Both the position numbers and the translations under genes were made by a program. DNA of 64,000 bases from an uncultured Candidatus Saccharibacteria bacterium (GTDB lineage: Bacteria; Patescibacteriota; CPR2; UBA1875; CAIMLA01). The notes under the pieces are model-generated. The model was not told the origin of the DNA, did no database searches, and saw nothing but the letters and a program-made list of their open reading frames with translations. Below, piece by piece: positions 1-9,497 of this stretch. Each line of letters opens with the position of its first letter. Positions within the stretch are counted from its first letter, which is position 1. The DNA lies in assembly GCA_964501135.1 (NCBI GenBank), contig CAZCRI010000002.1, forward strand, positions 29,644-93,643. The letters run 5' to 3'.

Positions 1-753
1 AAACAGTGAGAGAGGGCGACATACTTTCGAGGAAGCGTTTGGGCCTCTAGAATTTCGTCCATATGGTAGCCCCCCATCGTAATCTCGGCAGTTCCAATGA
101 GAGATAGGTCGGTATCTTCTAGATTGTAAACTTGAGTTGAGTCTCCACGCGGATTGAAACCAAGCCCATAAAGGACCTCCTTTTTGGCTACGTCGGGGGT
201 GGTGAAGGGGGTAAAACCATGTTTTACTGCAATTTCCATCGCATAGCTAGCAAGCGCTAGTTCCATCGTTGCTAGTTCATTTTTGAGATAGTAAAATTTA
301 GCGCCCGCAACCTTGGTGGCACGGTCAAAGTCGATTAAGTCGTGTTTTTCAGCAAGCGCCAGGTGATCAAGCGGCGTAAAATTAAATTTGGTTGGCTCAC
401 CTACTATTTCAAGCACAGGATTGTCATCTTCATCTTGACTGACGTGAACTTCGGGATGAGTAAGATTTGGCACGCTAAACCAAATATCTCGATATTCGGT
501 CTCTACCTTAGCTAGTTTTTCTGCTAACTTCTCTTCCTTGGCTTTATTTTGGGCAAGAAGCTCGATCTCGGCTGCAGTTGGTTTCCCTTTAATCTTGTTT
601 CGTTCAGCACGAAATTCATCAATCTTGGCAGAGAGTTCGTTCTTCTCTTTATCGAGATCGAGAAGCTTTGGGATATCGGCTTTGGAGCCACGATTGCGGC
701 AATTTGTTGCCACTTCCTTGGCGTGTCCACGTATATATTTGATGTCTAACATG
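1..753 (-). CDS. serS: seryl-tRNA synthetase, partial (C-terminus runs off window start)
   Basis: My own minus-strand translation from ATG at 753: MLDIKYIRGH... coiled-coil N-terminus then class II core (GAKFYYLKNELA, SLIGTAEI) typical of SerS; open to position 1; not in ORF track because no stop lies in the window. Confidence 0.75.
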
Positions 754-785
754 TTATCTCCTGTCTCTATTATAGCAAGGACGTG

Positions 786-2327
786 CTATTTTGTAGCTTT
801 GGTGAGTCGATCTTCAACAAATTTAGGTTCAAGGGAGGCAAGGAGCCAGCCAGCCTGCGGTCCGGATTCTTTGCCCAGGAATGACAGGTAAATGGCCGAA
901 AAAGCTTCCTTTGGCGAGATCTCGGTTTGTTTTTTGATTTCATGAATTTCGCCGTGCAATTCTTCTCCTGTCCAACCACTCTTTGCCTTGAAGCTGAGAA
1001 GCAGCTGAGAAAGAAAGTCACGTTGAGTGGTATTCAGGGTAATCTCTGGCATAGCCTCGGCAACCTTGAAGATAAAGTCAGCTGGGGCATACTTTTCGAG
1101 CCATTTCTTGGCATAGAGAATTCTCTCCTCCAGATTTGCAAGCTCGGATTTACTGAGTGCACTTCCCTTTTCAGCGGCAGCTTCAGTGTAGATATCAACC
1201 CGTGGCATTTGTACTGCTAGTGCTACCTTCGAGAAACGCATTCGGTAACCAGCTTCGAAGCCGGCATCTTGTACGATTTCCCACGCTCTGGCAATGTCAG
1301 GGAAGTCCATTTCGCCGAGGTAGGCCTTCATGGCTCGATCATAATCATCGAAAAGATTTGGGATAGTAACGCCTGCAGGGTCAAATTCAATCACTTTCTT
1401 TGGGTTTTTGGCCATCAGGTACCTTACTAACTCAGGTGGTAATATCTCCGACATTTCCTTGGCGGAGACCCCGAGACCCTTGGAAGAGCTCATTTTCTTT
1501 CCACCGATTACAAAAAAGTCATAACGAATGTCGGCTGGACTTTGGTAAGCAAAAACTTCACGCGTTAGAACATCTGCCATTTCGCGACTTCCACCTGCTG
1601 CCCAGTGGTCTTTACCTTCACCTTCAACGGTTATTCCGAGCGCTTTCCAACGAGCTGGCCACTCTACACGCCAGTAGAGCTTACCGGTGCCATTGTAGGG
1701 CGAGACTTTACCGGTGTGACCACAACCTTTGGCCCACTCTACTTTCGCTTCTTCACAAATATAGGTTACGAGTTCACCATCCCAATCGGTAACAGTGGTG
1801 CTTCCAATCTTGCCGCACTGTTCGCAAATTGGTTGGAAGGGAAGCCACTTTTCACCCTTGTCTGCGTGGCTGACGCGTTTGTAGATCTCTTTGATCTCTG
1901 TAACGGCGGTAAGAGCCTCTTTGATTACATCATTCATTTTACCGCTCTTGTAGAGCTCTGACATGCGGAGAAACTCTGGTTTTGCTCCAACTCGGGTAGC
2001 AGTAGCGATAAATTCTTCGCTAAAATACTCCGAAAGTACCAGACCCTCAGTAGGTGAAGGAATTGTAAATAAAGGTTTTCCCATCTCGTCAGCATATTTT
2101 TTACTGTCTAGGTAGACTGGCATGCCATCCATGGGGTCAAAATCGTCTAGGATAAAGGTATAGCGCGATTTTAGGCCATCGTTAAGTAGGGCTCGGTTTG
2201 CAATATCGTGGACCACAAGTCCACGTAGACTACCGACGTGAGCAAAGCCCGAGGCGCTCCAGGCGTCATCTACGAGTTGAGGTTTCTTTTTATCCAGTTT
2301 AGCGGCGATTTCATCTGCCCAGAACAT
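786..2327 (-). CDS. lysS: class I lysyl-tRNA synthetase
   Basis: HIGH-like AHVGSLRG and KMSSSKGLG (KMSKS) motifs, ~510 aa class I architecture; start placed at MFWADEIAA (M33 of the track ORF) which is preceded by GGAAGGAAA SD; the 32-aa upstream extension is probably not coding. Confidence 0.8.
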   Translation of the reverse strand: MFWADEIAAKLDKKKPQLVDDAWSASGFAHVGSLRGLVVHDIANRALLNDGLKSRYTFILDDFDPMDGMPVYLDSKKYADEMGKPLFTIPSPTEGLVLSEYFSEEFIATATRVGAKPEFLRMSELYKSGKMNDVIKEALTAVTEIKEIYKRVSHADKGEKWLPFQPICEQCGKIGSTTVTDWDGELVTYICEEAKVEWAKGCGHTGKVSPYNGTGKLYWRVEWPARWKALGITVEGEGKDHWAAGGSREMADVLTREVFAYQSPADIRYDFFVIGGKKMSSSKGLGVSAKEMSEILPPELVRYLMAKNPKKVIEFDPAGVTIPNLFDDYDRAMKAYLGEMDFPDIARAWEIVQDAGFEAGYRMRFSKVALAVQMPRVDIYTEAAAEKGSALSKSELANLEERILYAKKWLEKYAPADFIFKVAEAMPEITLNTTQRDFLSQLLLSFKAKSGWTGEELHGEIHEIKKQTEISPKEAFSAIYLSFLGKESGPQAGWLLASLEPKFVEDRLTKATK

Positions 2328-2390
2328 GCTGTTTCCTTCCTGTCTAACGGTATAAATATGTACTAATTTTACCGCATTATAGGCTATTTG

Positions 2391-2442
2391 GCTATTAAAA
2401 AACCCCTTATGACGTTGCCGCAATGGGCTTTTGAAGGGGTTT
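2391..2442 (-). terminator. intrinsic terminator downstream of greA
   Basis: 9-bp stem AAACCCCTT/AAGGGGTTT (2400-2442) followed on minus strand by TTTAATAGC. Confidence 0.6.
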
Positions 2443-2461
2443 CATTAACAAATTGTTTTGA

Positions 2462-2929
2462 TTACTTGATCTTTTTGATCTTGTACTCAATTTTACCAGC
2501 AGGTACCTCGATCTCTACGGTCTCCCCTGCTTTCTTGCCTAGAAGTGCTTTACCAATTGGTGATTCATTTGAAATCCAACCTTTTTCTGGGTCTGCTTCG
2601 GCGCTTCCAACAATCATGAATTCCATCTCGCCCTTGTTGACTTCAACGTGTACGGAACAGCCAACATTGACTTCGGTACAGTTGTTGTGTGACTCGTCGA
2701 TGATTACTGCACCCTTGAGGATGTGTTCTAGTTCAGCGATACGACCTTCGATGAAGACCTGTTGATCCTTAGCGTCAGCGTATTCCGAGTTTTCAGAAAG
2801 GTCACCATACTCTTTGGCGGTTTTAATCATATCAGCTATTTTCTTACGGCCATCGGTAGTAAGTTCGTCGTACTCGTTTTGTAGTTTTGAAAGCCCCGCT
2901 TTTGTTAGGTAGATTTCTTTTGTATCCAT
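2462..2929 (-). CDS. greA: transcription elongation factor GreA
   Basis: 155 aa, acidic coiled-coil finger (DLSENSEYADAKD) and C-terminal FKBP-like domain typical of GreA. Confidence 0.85.
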   Translation of the reverse strand: MDTKEIYLTKAGLSKLQNEYDELTTDGRKKIADMIKTAKEYGDLSENSEYADAKDQQVFIEGRIAELEHILKGAVIIDESHNNCTEVNVGCSVHVEVNKGEMEFMIVGSAEADPEKGWISNESPIGKALLGKKAGETVEIEVPAGKIEYKIKKIK

Positions 2930-2974
2930 GACACTCCTAACTGTGTTGTTTTGGTTTATTAATCTTCATTTTGA

Positions 2975-3004
2975 GAGTAAAAAGATAGGAGTTTGGTCAC
3001 TCCT
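2975..3004 (-). terminator. intrinsic terminator downstream of glyQS
   Basis: AGGAGT/ACTCCT 6-bp stem (2987-3004) followed on minus strand by ATCTTTTTACTCTC. Confidence 0.5.
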
Positions 3005-3070
3005 AGCCCTTTTACGTCCTTTCGGAACGCCTACAAATTCTAGTTTCTAGAGGCTCTTTTGTCAACCCTT

Positions 3071-4441
3071 TTATCTCAGTCCAGAACTGTGGAAAAAGGT
3101 ACCTAGGTCGGCAATTTTTACCCGTTCCTGCTTCATGGTGTCACGGTGTCTTACGGTGACGCATTTGTCGTCTATTGATTCAAAGTCTACAGTAACACAG
3201 AATGGGGTGCCGATTTCGTCCTGGCGGCGGTAACGTTTACCGATGTTACCGTTGTCGTCGAATTCACACATATAGTCTTCGGCCAGCGTCTCATAGAGCT
3301 CTTTGGCAAGGGAAACAAGCTCCGGTTTATTTTTGAGCAGTGGGAAGACCGCTACCTTGATCGGAGCAATGCTCACCGGGAATTTAAGGACTACGCGTTC
3401 GTCGGTATCTAGTTTCTCTTCGGTGTAAGCAGAGCAGAGTGCGGCGAGAATCGAACGGTCTAGTCCGAAAGTTGGCTCTAGGACGTGAGGCAGAAATTTC
3501 TCGCTACTAGTTGGGTCGATATAGGATAGATCGACACCAGAGGCCTTTTGGTGTGATGAAAGGTCAAAATCACCTCTATGGGCAAGGCCAAAAAGCTCGG
3601 AAAAGCCAAATGGATACTGGTATTCAATATCAATCGTTTTCTTGGAGTAGTGCGAAAGCTTTTCCTTCAGGTGTTCATAGCGGCGCATCTGGGTGTCGGT
3701 AATACCAAGAGACATGGCAAAACTTTCTTGGGCAGCAAGCCAGTCGTCAAAAAGTGGTTCCCATTTTATTTTAGGGTCAATAAAATATTCAATCTCCATC
3801 TGTTCAAATTCACGGAGACGGAAAATAAAGTTGCGTGCCACAATTTCGTTACGAAAAGCTTTTCCGATTTGGGCAACACCAAATGGTACCCGGACTCTCA
3901 TGGAATCGATAATGCTCTTGTATTCCACAAAGATTGCCCCGGCAGTCTCGGGACGAAGATAAACGTCTCCCTCGTAGCTATTCATCTGAGTTTTGAACAT
4001 CATATTGAGGAATTTAGCTTCGGTCCAGTCGGTCTTACCACAATTGGGACACTTGATAGACGTTAGAGCATTGTTCAGAGCGTCTAAGTCCCCTTCTAGG
4101 TCGTTGCCGGTTGCTTCTTCGACAACATGATCGGCACGGAAGCGGTTCTGGCATTTCTTGCAGTCTACCATCGCATCGTTAAAGCCCTCTGTATGGCCGG
4201 ATGCTTTCCATACGGCTGGATTTAGGAGAATAGGACCATCAATTCCGACAATGTCGATTCTTTTTTGAACGAATGTCTTCCACCAAAGATCCTTGATATT
4301 TTTCTTAAGTAGAGCGCCATATGGTCCATATGAATATGAGTTTGCAAAACCGCCGTAGATTTCGCTTGATGGGTATACAAAGCCGCGTCTTTTACAGAGG
4401 CTGACTATTTTTTCCATTTCATTTTGTGGCTTTGTGCTCAT
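3071..4441 (-). CDS. glyQS: glycyl-tRNA synthetase, alpha2 (GlyQS) type
   Basis: 456 aa class II aaRS with GlyRS-specific insert and C-terminal anticodon-binding domain; adjacent to recO as in many bacteria. Confidence 0.85.
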   Translation of the reverse strand: MSTKPQNEMEKIVSLCKRRGFVYPSSEIYGGFANSYSYGPYGALLKKNIKDLWWKTFVQKRIDIVGIDGPILLNPAVWKASGHTEGFNDAMVDCKKCQNRFRADHVVEEATGNDLEGDLDALNNALTSIKCPNCGKTDWTEAKFLNMMFKTQMNSYEGDVYLRPETAGAIFVEYKSIIDSMRVRVPFGVAQIGKAFRNEIVARNFIFRLREFEQMEIEYFIDPKIKWEPLFDDWLAAQESFAMSLGITDTQMRRYEHLKEKLSHYSKKTIDIEYQYPFGFSELFGLAHRGDFDLSSHQKASGVDLSYIDPTSSEKFLPHVLEPTFGLDRSILAALCSAYTEEKLDTDERVVLKFPVSIAPIKVAVFPLLKNKPELVSLAKELYETLAEDYMCEFDDNGNIGKRYRRQDEIGTPFCVTVDFESIDDKCVTVRHRDTMKQERVKIADLGTFFHSSGLR

Positions 4442-4450
4442 CTCGCCTCC

Positions 4451-4765
4451 TTAAAAGGTGTATAGGTCTTTGTTTAGTAATGCGGCTGCGTCTTCTGCTG
4501 TAAGCTTACCCAATGAGACTAGGTATTGCAAATCTTCGGTAAACTCTTGGAACAAGGTGTTGAATCGGTCTTCGCTTGCCTCACGTACTATACAAAAGGT
4601 TTTGTTTGTATCGATTATCCAGGCTTCCATTTCTTCTTGGCTCATCAGTTCCCCCTCGGTGTGTAATGTATCGTGGAGAAGCTTTTCTGGAATTTCTTCG
4701 CGCTTAGCGATGTAGTCAGCTTGGTTCCAAGCAAGCGGTGAAGTGGACTTTTTGCTCTTATTCAT
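4451..4765 (-). CDS. hypothetical protein (104 aa)
   Basis: ORF tightly packed between glyQS and recO; no recognisable motif. Confidence 0.45.
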   Translation of the reverse strand: MNKSKKSTSPLAWNQADYIAKREEIPEKLLHDTLHTEGELMSQEEMEAWIIDTNKTFCIVREASEDRFNTLFQEFTEDLQYLVSLGKLTAEDAAALLNKDLYTF

Positions 4766-4782
4766 GGGTAAATCATACCAAA

Positions 4783-5526
4783 TTACTGCTTGGTGGTCAA
4801 TTTGATCCCACCGAGAGAAAGGTATTCTCGCCCAGTACTGCTAGTAAGAAAGTGTTCTACAACAGCGGCCAGGGAATCGGCCTGTTTTTCGGTGACCCTT
4901 AACCTCAGAATATCGTTAGCAGTTGCCTCTTGGATAAAGCGCCAAAGCTTAATTGTATCTCGATCGGCATGTTTTAGGCTCTCTGTTATCGGGTTACATT
5001 CAGCGCAGAATATACCGCCAGCAGTGTGGCTAAATCGGATATCGCCTTTCGGCTTCTCGTGGCAAACCAAACAGACCGAAAGTTCTGGGTAGCTACCCAA
5101 TACCTTTAAAATTTGTGAAATATAGTAAACCTTGAGTATTTGGTGATTGATCTTGCCGAGGCTCTGAAGACAAAATGCTAAGGCTTCGTAAACACTGGGC
5201 AAGGGGTGCTCCTCAACGATAGTCTTTACGGTAAGTTCAGAAAAAAAATGTGCATCTGAGATAATGCCCAGCTCATTGGTGTTAGATATATAGTGGTTAA
5301 TCGGGGCTACTTCCGTAATAATTTGAAAAGTTTTACCAGTTGAGAGTACAAATTCTGCCTCGGTAAAAAGTTCCACCGCCCCGCCATATTTACTCTTCTG
5401 CTTGCGGGAACCTTTGGCGATAGCCGATATTTTACCTAGTTCATATGAAAAAAGAGTGAGCACACGATCGGCCTCACCCTGGTTTCTTCTTTTGATTACG
5501 ATAGCTTTGGTTCTATAAACTGACAT
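4783..5526 (-). CDS. recO: DNA repair protein RecO
   Basis: 247 aa; N-terminal OB-fold region and C-terminal CxxC...CxxC zinc motif (CLVCHEKPKG...CAEC). Confidence 0.75.
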   Translation of the reverse strand: MSVYRTKAIVIKRRNQGEADRVLTLFSYELGKISAIAKGSRKQKSKYGGAVELFTEAEFVLSTGKTFQIITEVAPINHYISNTNELGIISDAHFFSELTVKTIVEEHPLPSVYEALAFCLQSLGKINHQILKVYYISQILKVLGSYPELSVCLVCHEKPKGDIRFSHTAGGIFCAECNPITESLKHADRDTIKLWRFIQEATANDILRLRVTEKQADSLAAVVEHFLTSSTGREYLSLGGIKLTTKQ

Positions 5527-5528
5527 TT

Positions 5529-5936
5529 CTAGTCTGTAAAGGCAACTCCAGCGATGTTTCCCTTGTTCTTTAGGGTTTCATTAACAATCTCTACAACGTC
5601 AGATGGGGTATGCTCTGCCTTGATTAGGTAATCGGTAGCACCGGCTGTAAACCCATTTGTCATCTGATCAATCTCTCCGAAGTTAGAAAGGATAATAACT
5701 GGGGTCTCCTTGGTATCATTGTATTTTCGGAGCTGTTTTAGTACTTCAAAACCATTCATTACGGGCATCATAACATCGAGAAGGATAATATCAGGGAGTT
5801 CTTTCTTGGCCAGGTCTAGTCCTTTACCTCCGTCCTCTGCCGAAAAAACCTCAAAACCGCTTTTCTCTAGTTTTAAGCAATACAAATCACGAATCGATTT
5901 GTCATCTTCTACTATAAGTAATTTTGTTTTAGCCAC
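5529..5936 (-). CDS. single-domain response regulator receiver (CheY-like)
   Basis: 135 aa; LIVEDD...D(LLDVMMP) phospho-acceptor layout, conserved K near the end of the domain; no output domain and no adjacent kinase. Confidence 0.7.
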   Translation of the reverse strand: MAKTKLLIVEDDKSIRDLYCLKLEKSGFEVFSAEDGGKGLDLAKKELPDIILLDVMMPVMNGFEVLKQLRKYNDTKETPVIILSNFGEIDQMTNGFTAGATDYLIKAEHTPSDVVEIVNETLKNKGNIAGVAFTD

Positions 5937-5978
5937 AGTTACCTCCGTTGAGACTATTATAAACGAGTCGTTCTAGTT

Positions 5979-8060
5979 TTAAAACTCTTTTAGGTATGAA
6001 CGATCTGGATTCGTGGTTGGCACAGTTCCGTCCTTGAAATATTCTAAGATATTTGGGCTCCCCTGCCAAGTAGCAAGTGCCCCGGTATATGGGTTAATCC
6101 AAGCTTCCTTGATTCCTGAAGGCTTCGTAAAAGCCGTGTCTGCTCTATCGGCCATGGCGGCAGTGATGATATCGTGCCAGACATAGGCAGCACCTTCAAC
6201 TCCGGAGACATTCTTCATCGGCGTATGATCATTGTTTCCCATCCAAACCCCCACTACAAAGTCTGGCGAGTAGCCCATAGTCCAAGAGTCACTGTAGTTA
6301 TCAGTAGTGCCAGTTTTAACGGCGGTGGTTTTGTCGGTTTTTAGGGGACTTACGCTCCCGAATGTTACGGAACGAGCGTTATTATCGGAAAGGATACTAC
6401 TGATAATGTAAGCGGTTTCTTCGCTAATAACTTGGTTTTTGACCCTTGTAGGCAGAGTAACGTTGTCTCCACGATTATTCTTGATAGAAAGGATTGCTGA
6501 TTGAGGAGCTCTTTTCCCACCATCGGCAAAGGTGGAATAGGCCTCTACCATATCGACTAGTTTGACTTCTCCGGAACCTAGGGAGAGCGGTAGACCATAG
6601 TTATCGGCCCCCGCATTCAAGGAAGTAATTCCTAGCTTATGTGCCGTATCAATTACTTTATCGAGACCGGCGAGCTTGCCCATCTCTACGGCAGTTGTAT
6701 TTAAAGACCTAGCCAGTGCGTTACGCAGAGTTACATATCCAGAGTAACCGCCGCTATAGTTTTTTGGCGAATAAGTCGGGTTGCTACCGAAGGACAAGTA
6801 TTTATCAACCAGAATTGACGCTGCAGAGTAACCATTTTCTAAGCCAGTCGCGTAAACGATAGGCTTGAAAGATGATCCGGGTTGGCGTTCGCTAGTGGCT
6901 ACATTTACCTTGCTTGTGTTCCAGTCTGAACCACCTACCATTGCCAGGATGGTGTTTGTCTTCGGGTCTGCAACGACCGCAGCTGCATTACTTGCTCCTT
7001 TATAGGCCAGTGTAACCAGTTTTTCCTTGATTTGTTGTTCAGTAATTGCCTGTAACTTTGGATCAAGGCTCGTGTAAACCTTGAGTCCTTTATCGGAGAT
7101 ATTATCGGCCCCAAGCTTATCGGAAAGTTCATTTTTTACATATTGAGAGAAGTATGGATATTTATCAAATGAATCAACCTTGCCAACCAGATTTAGGGGT
7201 TCGTTTGCAGCGGTTTTTGCTTCCTCTAGGGTAATCATTTTTGCTTCCAACATCTGTTGCAAGACATACTCCTGACGTTTTTTGGCCTGCAAGTAATTGA
7301 CCCCAAGGGGGTCATAATATGTTGGCGCTTGTGGTAGCCCTGCGAGCATTGAAGCTTCGGCAAGGTCTATTTGAGCTAGGTCTTTATCGAAAAAGACGTG
7401 GGCCGCATTCTTTATTCCCAGTGCCTGTTCACCATAATAAATTTCATTGAGATACATCTCGAGAATTTGGTCTTTGCTATATTTCTCCTCTAGCTTAGAT
7501 GAAAAGACAGCTTCCTTGATTTTTCTCTCGAAGCTTTTCTCGGAAGTAAGGTAGACATTTTTTACTAGCTGCTGGGTGATTGTGCTGCCACCTTGTGAAT
7601 AATTACCCTCTGAAAATAGGTTCGTAAGTTTTTCGAGTCCGCTACCCTCGCTATTCTGCCAGTTTACATATGCAGCGCGTGCAAGCCCCTTGAGATATAT
7701 TGGCCCGTGATTATAAAATTCCAAATCCTCGGCAGCTAACGTTGCTTTTTTAAGATTGTCAGGAATCTCAGTGAGTTTTACCCTACTTGGCTCTGCAGCA
7801 CCGTAGCCACGGAAAATTTCCACCCCATCCTTGTCATAAATTACGAGCTGGGTAGAGTTACTCTGTGGTTTGATACGCGCAAATTCGGTCGAATATTTAA
7901 AATATAGCCCAAGTGTGCCAAAGAAAACTGTTAGAAATATACCTGTAATTAGAAGTCCAAGACCAACCATGAGCACACGGAAAAACTTTAGCGTTACCTT
8001 CTTGGTTTTTGCTAGTGCATTTGAGTAGCTCGTTATTAGTAGTTCTTCTTGTTCTTTCAC
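5979..8060 (-). CDS. bifunctional class A penicillin-binding protein (transglycosylase/transpeptidase)
   Basis: N-terminal TM; GT51 motifs EDxxFYxHxG and GGSTITQQ; transpeptidase SSFKP and KTGTT motifs. Confidence 0.85.
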   Translation of the reverse strand: MKEQEELLITSYSNALAKTKKVTLKFFRVLMVGLGLLITGIFLTVFFGTLGLYFKYSTEFARIKPQSNSTQLVIYDKDGVEIFRGYGAAEPSRVKLTEIPDNLKKATLAAEDLEFYNHGPIYLKGLARAAYVNWQNSEGSGLEKLTNLFSEGNYSQGGSTITQQLVKNVYLTSEKSFERKIKEAVFSSKLEEKYSKDQILEMYLNEIYYGEQALGIKNAAHVFFDKDLAQIDLAEASMLAGLPQAPTYYDPLGVNYLQAKKRQEYVLQQMLEAKMITLEEAKTAANEPLNLVGKVDSFDKYPYFSQYVKNELSDKLGADNISDKGLKVYTSLDPKLQAITEQQIKEKLVTLAYKGASNAAAVVADPKTNTILAMVGGSDWNTSKVNVATSERQPGSSFKPIVYATGLENGYSAASILVDKYLSFGSNPTYSPKNYSGGYSGYVTLRNALARSLNTTAVEMGKLAGLDKVIDTAHKLGITSLNAGADNYGLPLSLGSGEVKLVDMVEAYSTFADGGKRAPQSAILSIKNNRGDNVTLPTRVKNQVISEETAYIISSILSDNNARSVTFGSVSPLKTDKTTAVKTGTTDNYSDSWTMGYSPDFVVGVWMGNNDHTPMKNVSGVEGAAYVWHDIITAAMADRADTAFTKPSGIKEAWINPYTGALATWQGSPNILEYFKDGTVPTTNPDRSYLKEF

Positions 8061-8103
8061 TTATACTATTCTAGCAAGTTATAGTGAAGTCTGGAATATA
8101 CAA

Positions 8104-8132
8104 TTGAAAACTAGATACTAAAATGCTAAAAT
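8104..8132 (+). promoter_or_regulatory. sigma70-like promoter for tRNA-Gln
   Basis: TTGAAA (8104-8109), 17 nt spacer, TAAAAT (8127-8132), ~35 nt upstream of tRNA 5' end. Confidence 0.5.
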
Positions 8133-8166
8133 ATACCCCGTACTAGGCACTATTCGTATTTACTAT

Positions 8167-8241
8167 TGGGGAGTCGCCAAGTGGTAAGGCACCGGTTTTT
8201 GGTACCGGCATTCGGGGGTTCGAGTCCCTCCTCCCCAGCCA
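8167..8241 (+). tRNA. tRNA-Gln (anticodon UUG), CCA encoded
   Basis: Manual fold: acceptor TGGGGAG/CTCCCCA, D-arm GCC..GGC, anticodon stem CCGGT/ACCGG with loop TTTTGGT (anticodon TTG), T-arm GGGGG-TTCGAGT-CCCTC, discriminator G, CCA. Confidence 0.8.
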
Positions 8242-8252
8242 TTTCTGAACTT

Positions 8253-8492
8253 TTGTGTTATACTATATATATCGAAAACAATGAGACTCAACTGAATAAA
8301 TTTATCGAGGAGTATAACTCCCTTTTTAATGTGCCAAATTATAAAGCCAACGCTGCGATTTGTTTGCAATACCGCAAAGATCACGAAAACGAGTTTCGGA
8401 CCTCTGACTGGGCTATTGAGAAGCACCGTAAGCGGTTCATGGATTGGATGTCTCGTCAAAAGGAATCCGACTTACAGACTATAGGAAAATAG
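8253..8492 (+). CDS. possible small protein (79 aa) downstream of tRNA-Gln; TTG start
   Basis: Open frame after the tRNA ending immediately before a stem-loop; no ATG and no SD, so start is speculative; the track ORF 8166..8492 has a spurious N-terminus that reads through the tRNA. Confidence 0.2.
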   Translation: MCYTIYIENNETQLNKFIEEYNSLFNVPNYKANAAICLQYRKDHENEFRTSDWAIEKHRKRFMDWMSRQKESDLQTIGK

Positions 8493-8512
8493 AGACCCAA
8501 GCTCGGGTCTCT
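8491..8512 (-). terminator. stem-loop terminator at dusB 3' end (possibly bidirectional)
   Basis: AGAGACCC/GGGTCTCT 8-bp stem overlapping dusB stop; minus strand followed by ATTTTCCTAT. Confidence 0.5.
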
Positions 8513-9497
8513 ATTTGATCTTATCGAGTATCTCTAGAACATCAGCAAGAGTTCCAACCTTCATCGCTTCTGTACGTATTGTCTTGGCGCCGGGGAAATC
8601 TTTCAAATACCACCCGAGATGTTTGCGCAACTCCCTAATAGCAACCTCTTCACCAAGAGAGCTTACAGCGAGTTTTGCTTGCCGTATGATAATTTCGTTA
8701 ATCTCTGAAGTCGAAGGTGAATATTCTTGCTTCTCCTTTATGGCTCGGAATATCCAGGGATTGCCTAGGGCTCCACGGCCAATCATAACACCAGCTAAAT
8801 GGGATTTTTCGAGCCGCATCCAGGCAGACTTCTGATTTGTGATGTCTCCGTTCCCTATCACGGGTATATTTACGGCTTCGGCGATTTCCTCTATTTTTGT
8901 CCAGTCAGCACTGCCCGAATAACCTTCTTTTGTTGTTCGGCCATGGACAGTAACCGCATCTATACCGATTCGTTCCAGCTCTTGTACGAACGGTAGGACA
9001 TCAAATTCACGCCACCCCAAACGTACCTTTACCGAAAGTGGACCTTTGTAGGCCTTACGAACCGTTTCGGCTATCTTTAGGGCTTTTTCGTAATCGCGCA
9101 GTAATCCTGACCCGCATTCGTTACCGGTAATTTTCGGCGCCGGACAGCCCATATTGATGTCTATCCCGGCGGGATGTAGTTTTGCGTCAATCATTTGTGC
9201 TGCCTGGGCGATAATGTCGCCATCGTAGCCAAATATTTGAACGATTACCGGTTGTTCTGTTTCTAGAAACTCAGCAATCTTAAAAGTTTCGTTTGGATTA
9301 TAAACTATTGCGTTCGAGGAAAGCATTGGGGTAAAAACTACATCAGCACCCATCTCGCGGCAAATGGAGCGAAAAGGCAAGGTTGTAATATTTGCCATTG
9401 GTGCAAGGGCAAATATAGGTTTTTTGATTGTAGACCAAGAGAAAGACAAACTATATTTTCCTGATTTTTTGACCGTTAGCGGTATCTTCGACCTCAT
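8511..9497 (-). CDS. dusB: tRNA-dihydrouridine synthase
   Basis: FALAPMANITTLPFR FMN-binding N-terminus, TIM-barrel Dus family; start uncertain (47-nt overlap with cysS suggests a later start). Confidence 0.75.
   Translation of the reverse strand: MRSKIPLTVKKSGKYSLSFSWSTIKKPIFALAPMANITTLPFRSICREMGADVVFTPMLSSNAIVYNPNETFKIAEFLETEQPVIVQIFGYDGDIIAQAAQMIDAKLHPAGIDINMGCPAPKITGNECGSGLLRDYEKALKIAETVRKAYKGPLSVKVRLGWREFDVLPFVQELERIGIDAVTVHGRTTKEGYSGSADWTKIEEIAEAVNIPVIGNGDITNQKSAWMRLEKSHLAGVMIGRGALGNPWIFRAIKEKQEYSPSTSEINEIIIRQAKLAVSSLGEEVAIRELRKHLGWYLKDFPGAKTIRTEAMKVGTLADVLEILDKIK

Noticed and set aside
524-891. Short track ORFs (524..730 -, 538..891 +, 549..749 +) at the window start
   Set aside because: They lie inside and out of frame with the much longer serS reading frame, which is open from 753 to 1 and shows SerS motifs.
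2328-2423. 32-aa N-terminal extension of the class I LysRS ORF
   Set aside because: There is no SD at the upstream ATG, and the extension has non-protein-like composition. MFWADEIAA with GGAAGGAAA SD matches class I LysRS N-termini.
8166-8492. Track ORF of 108 aa spanning tRNA-Gln
   Set aside because: Its N-terminal third is the tRNA itself read as protein. Only the portion after 8253 is considered, as a low-confidence candidate.
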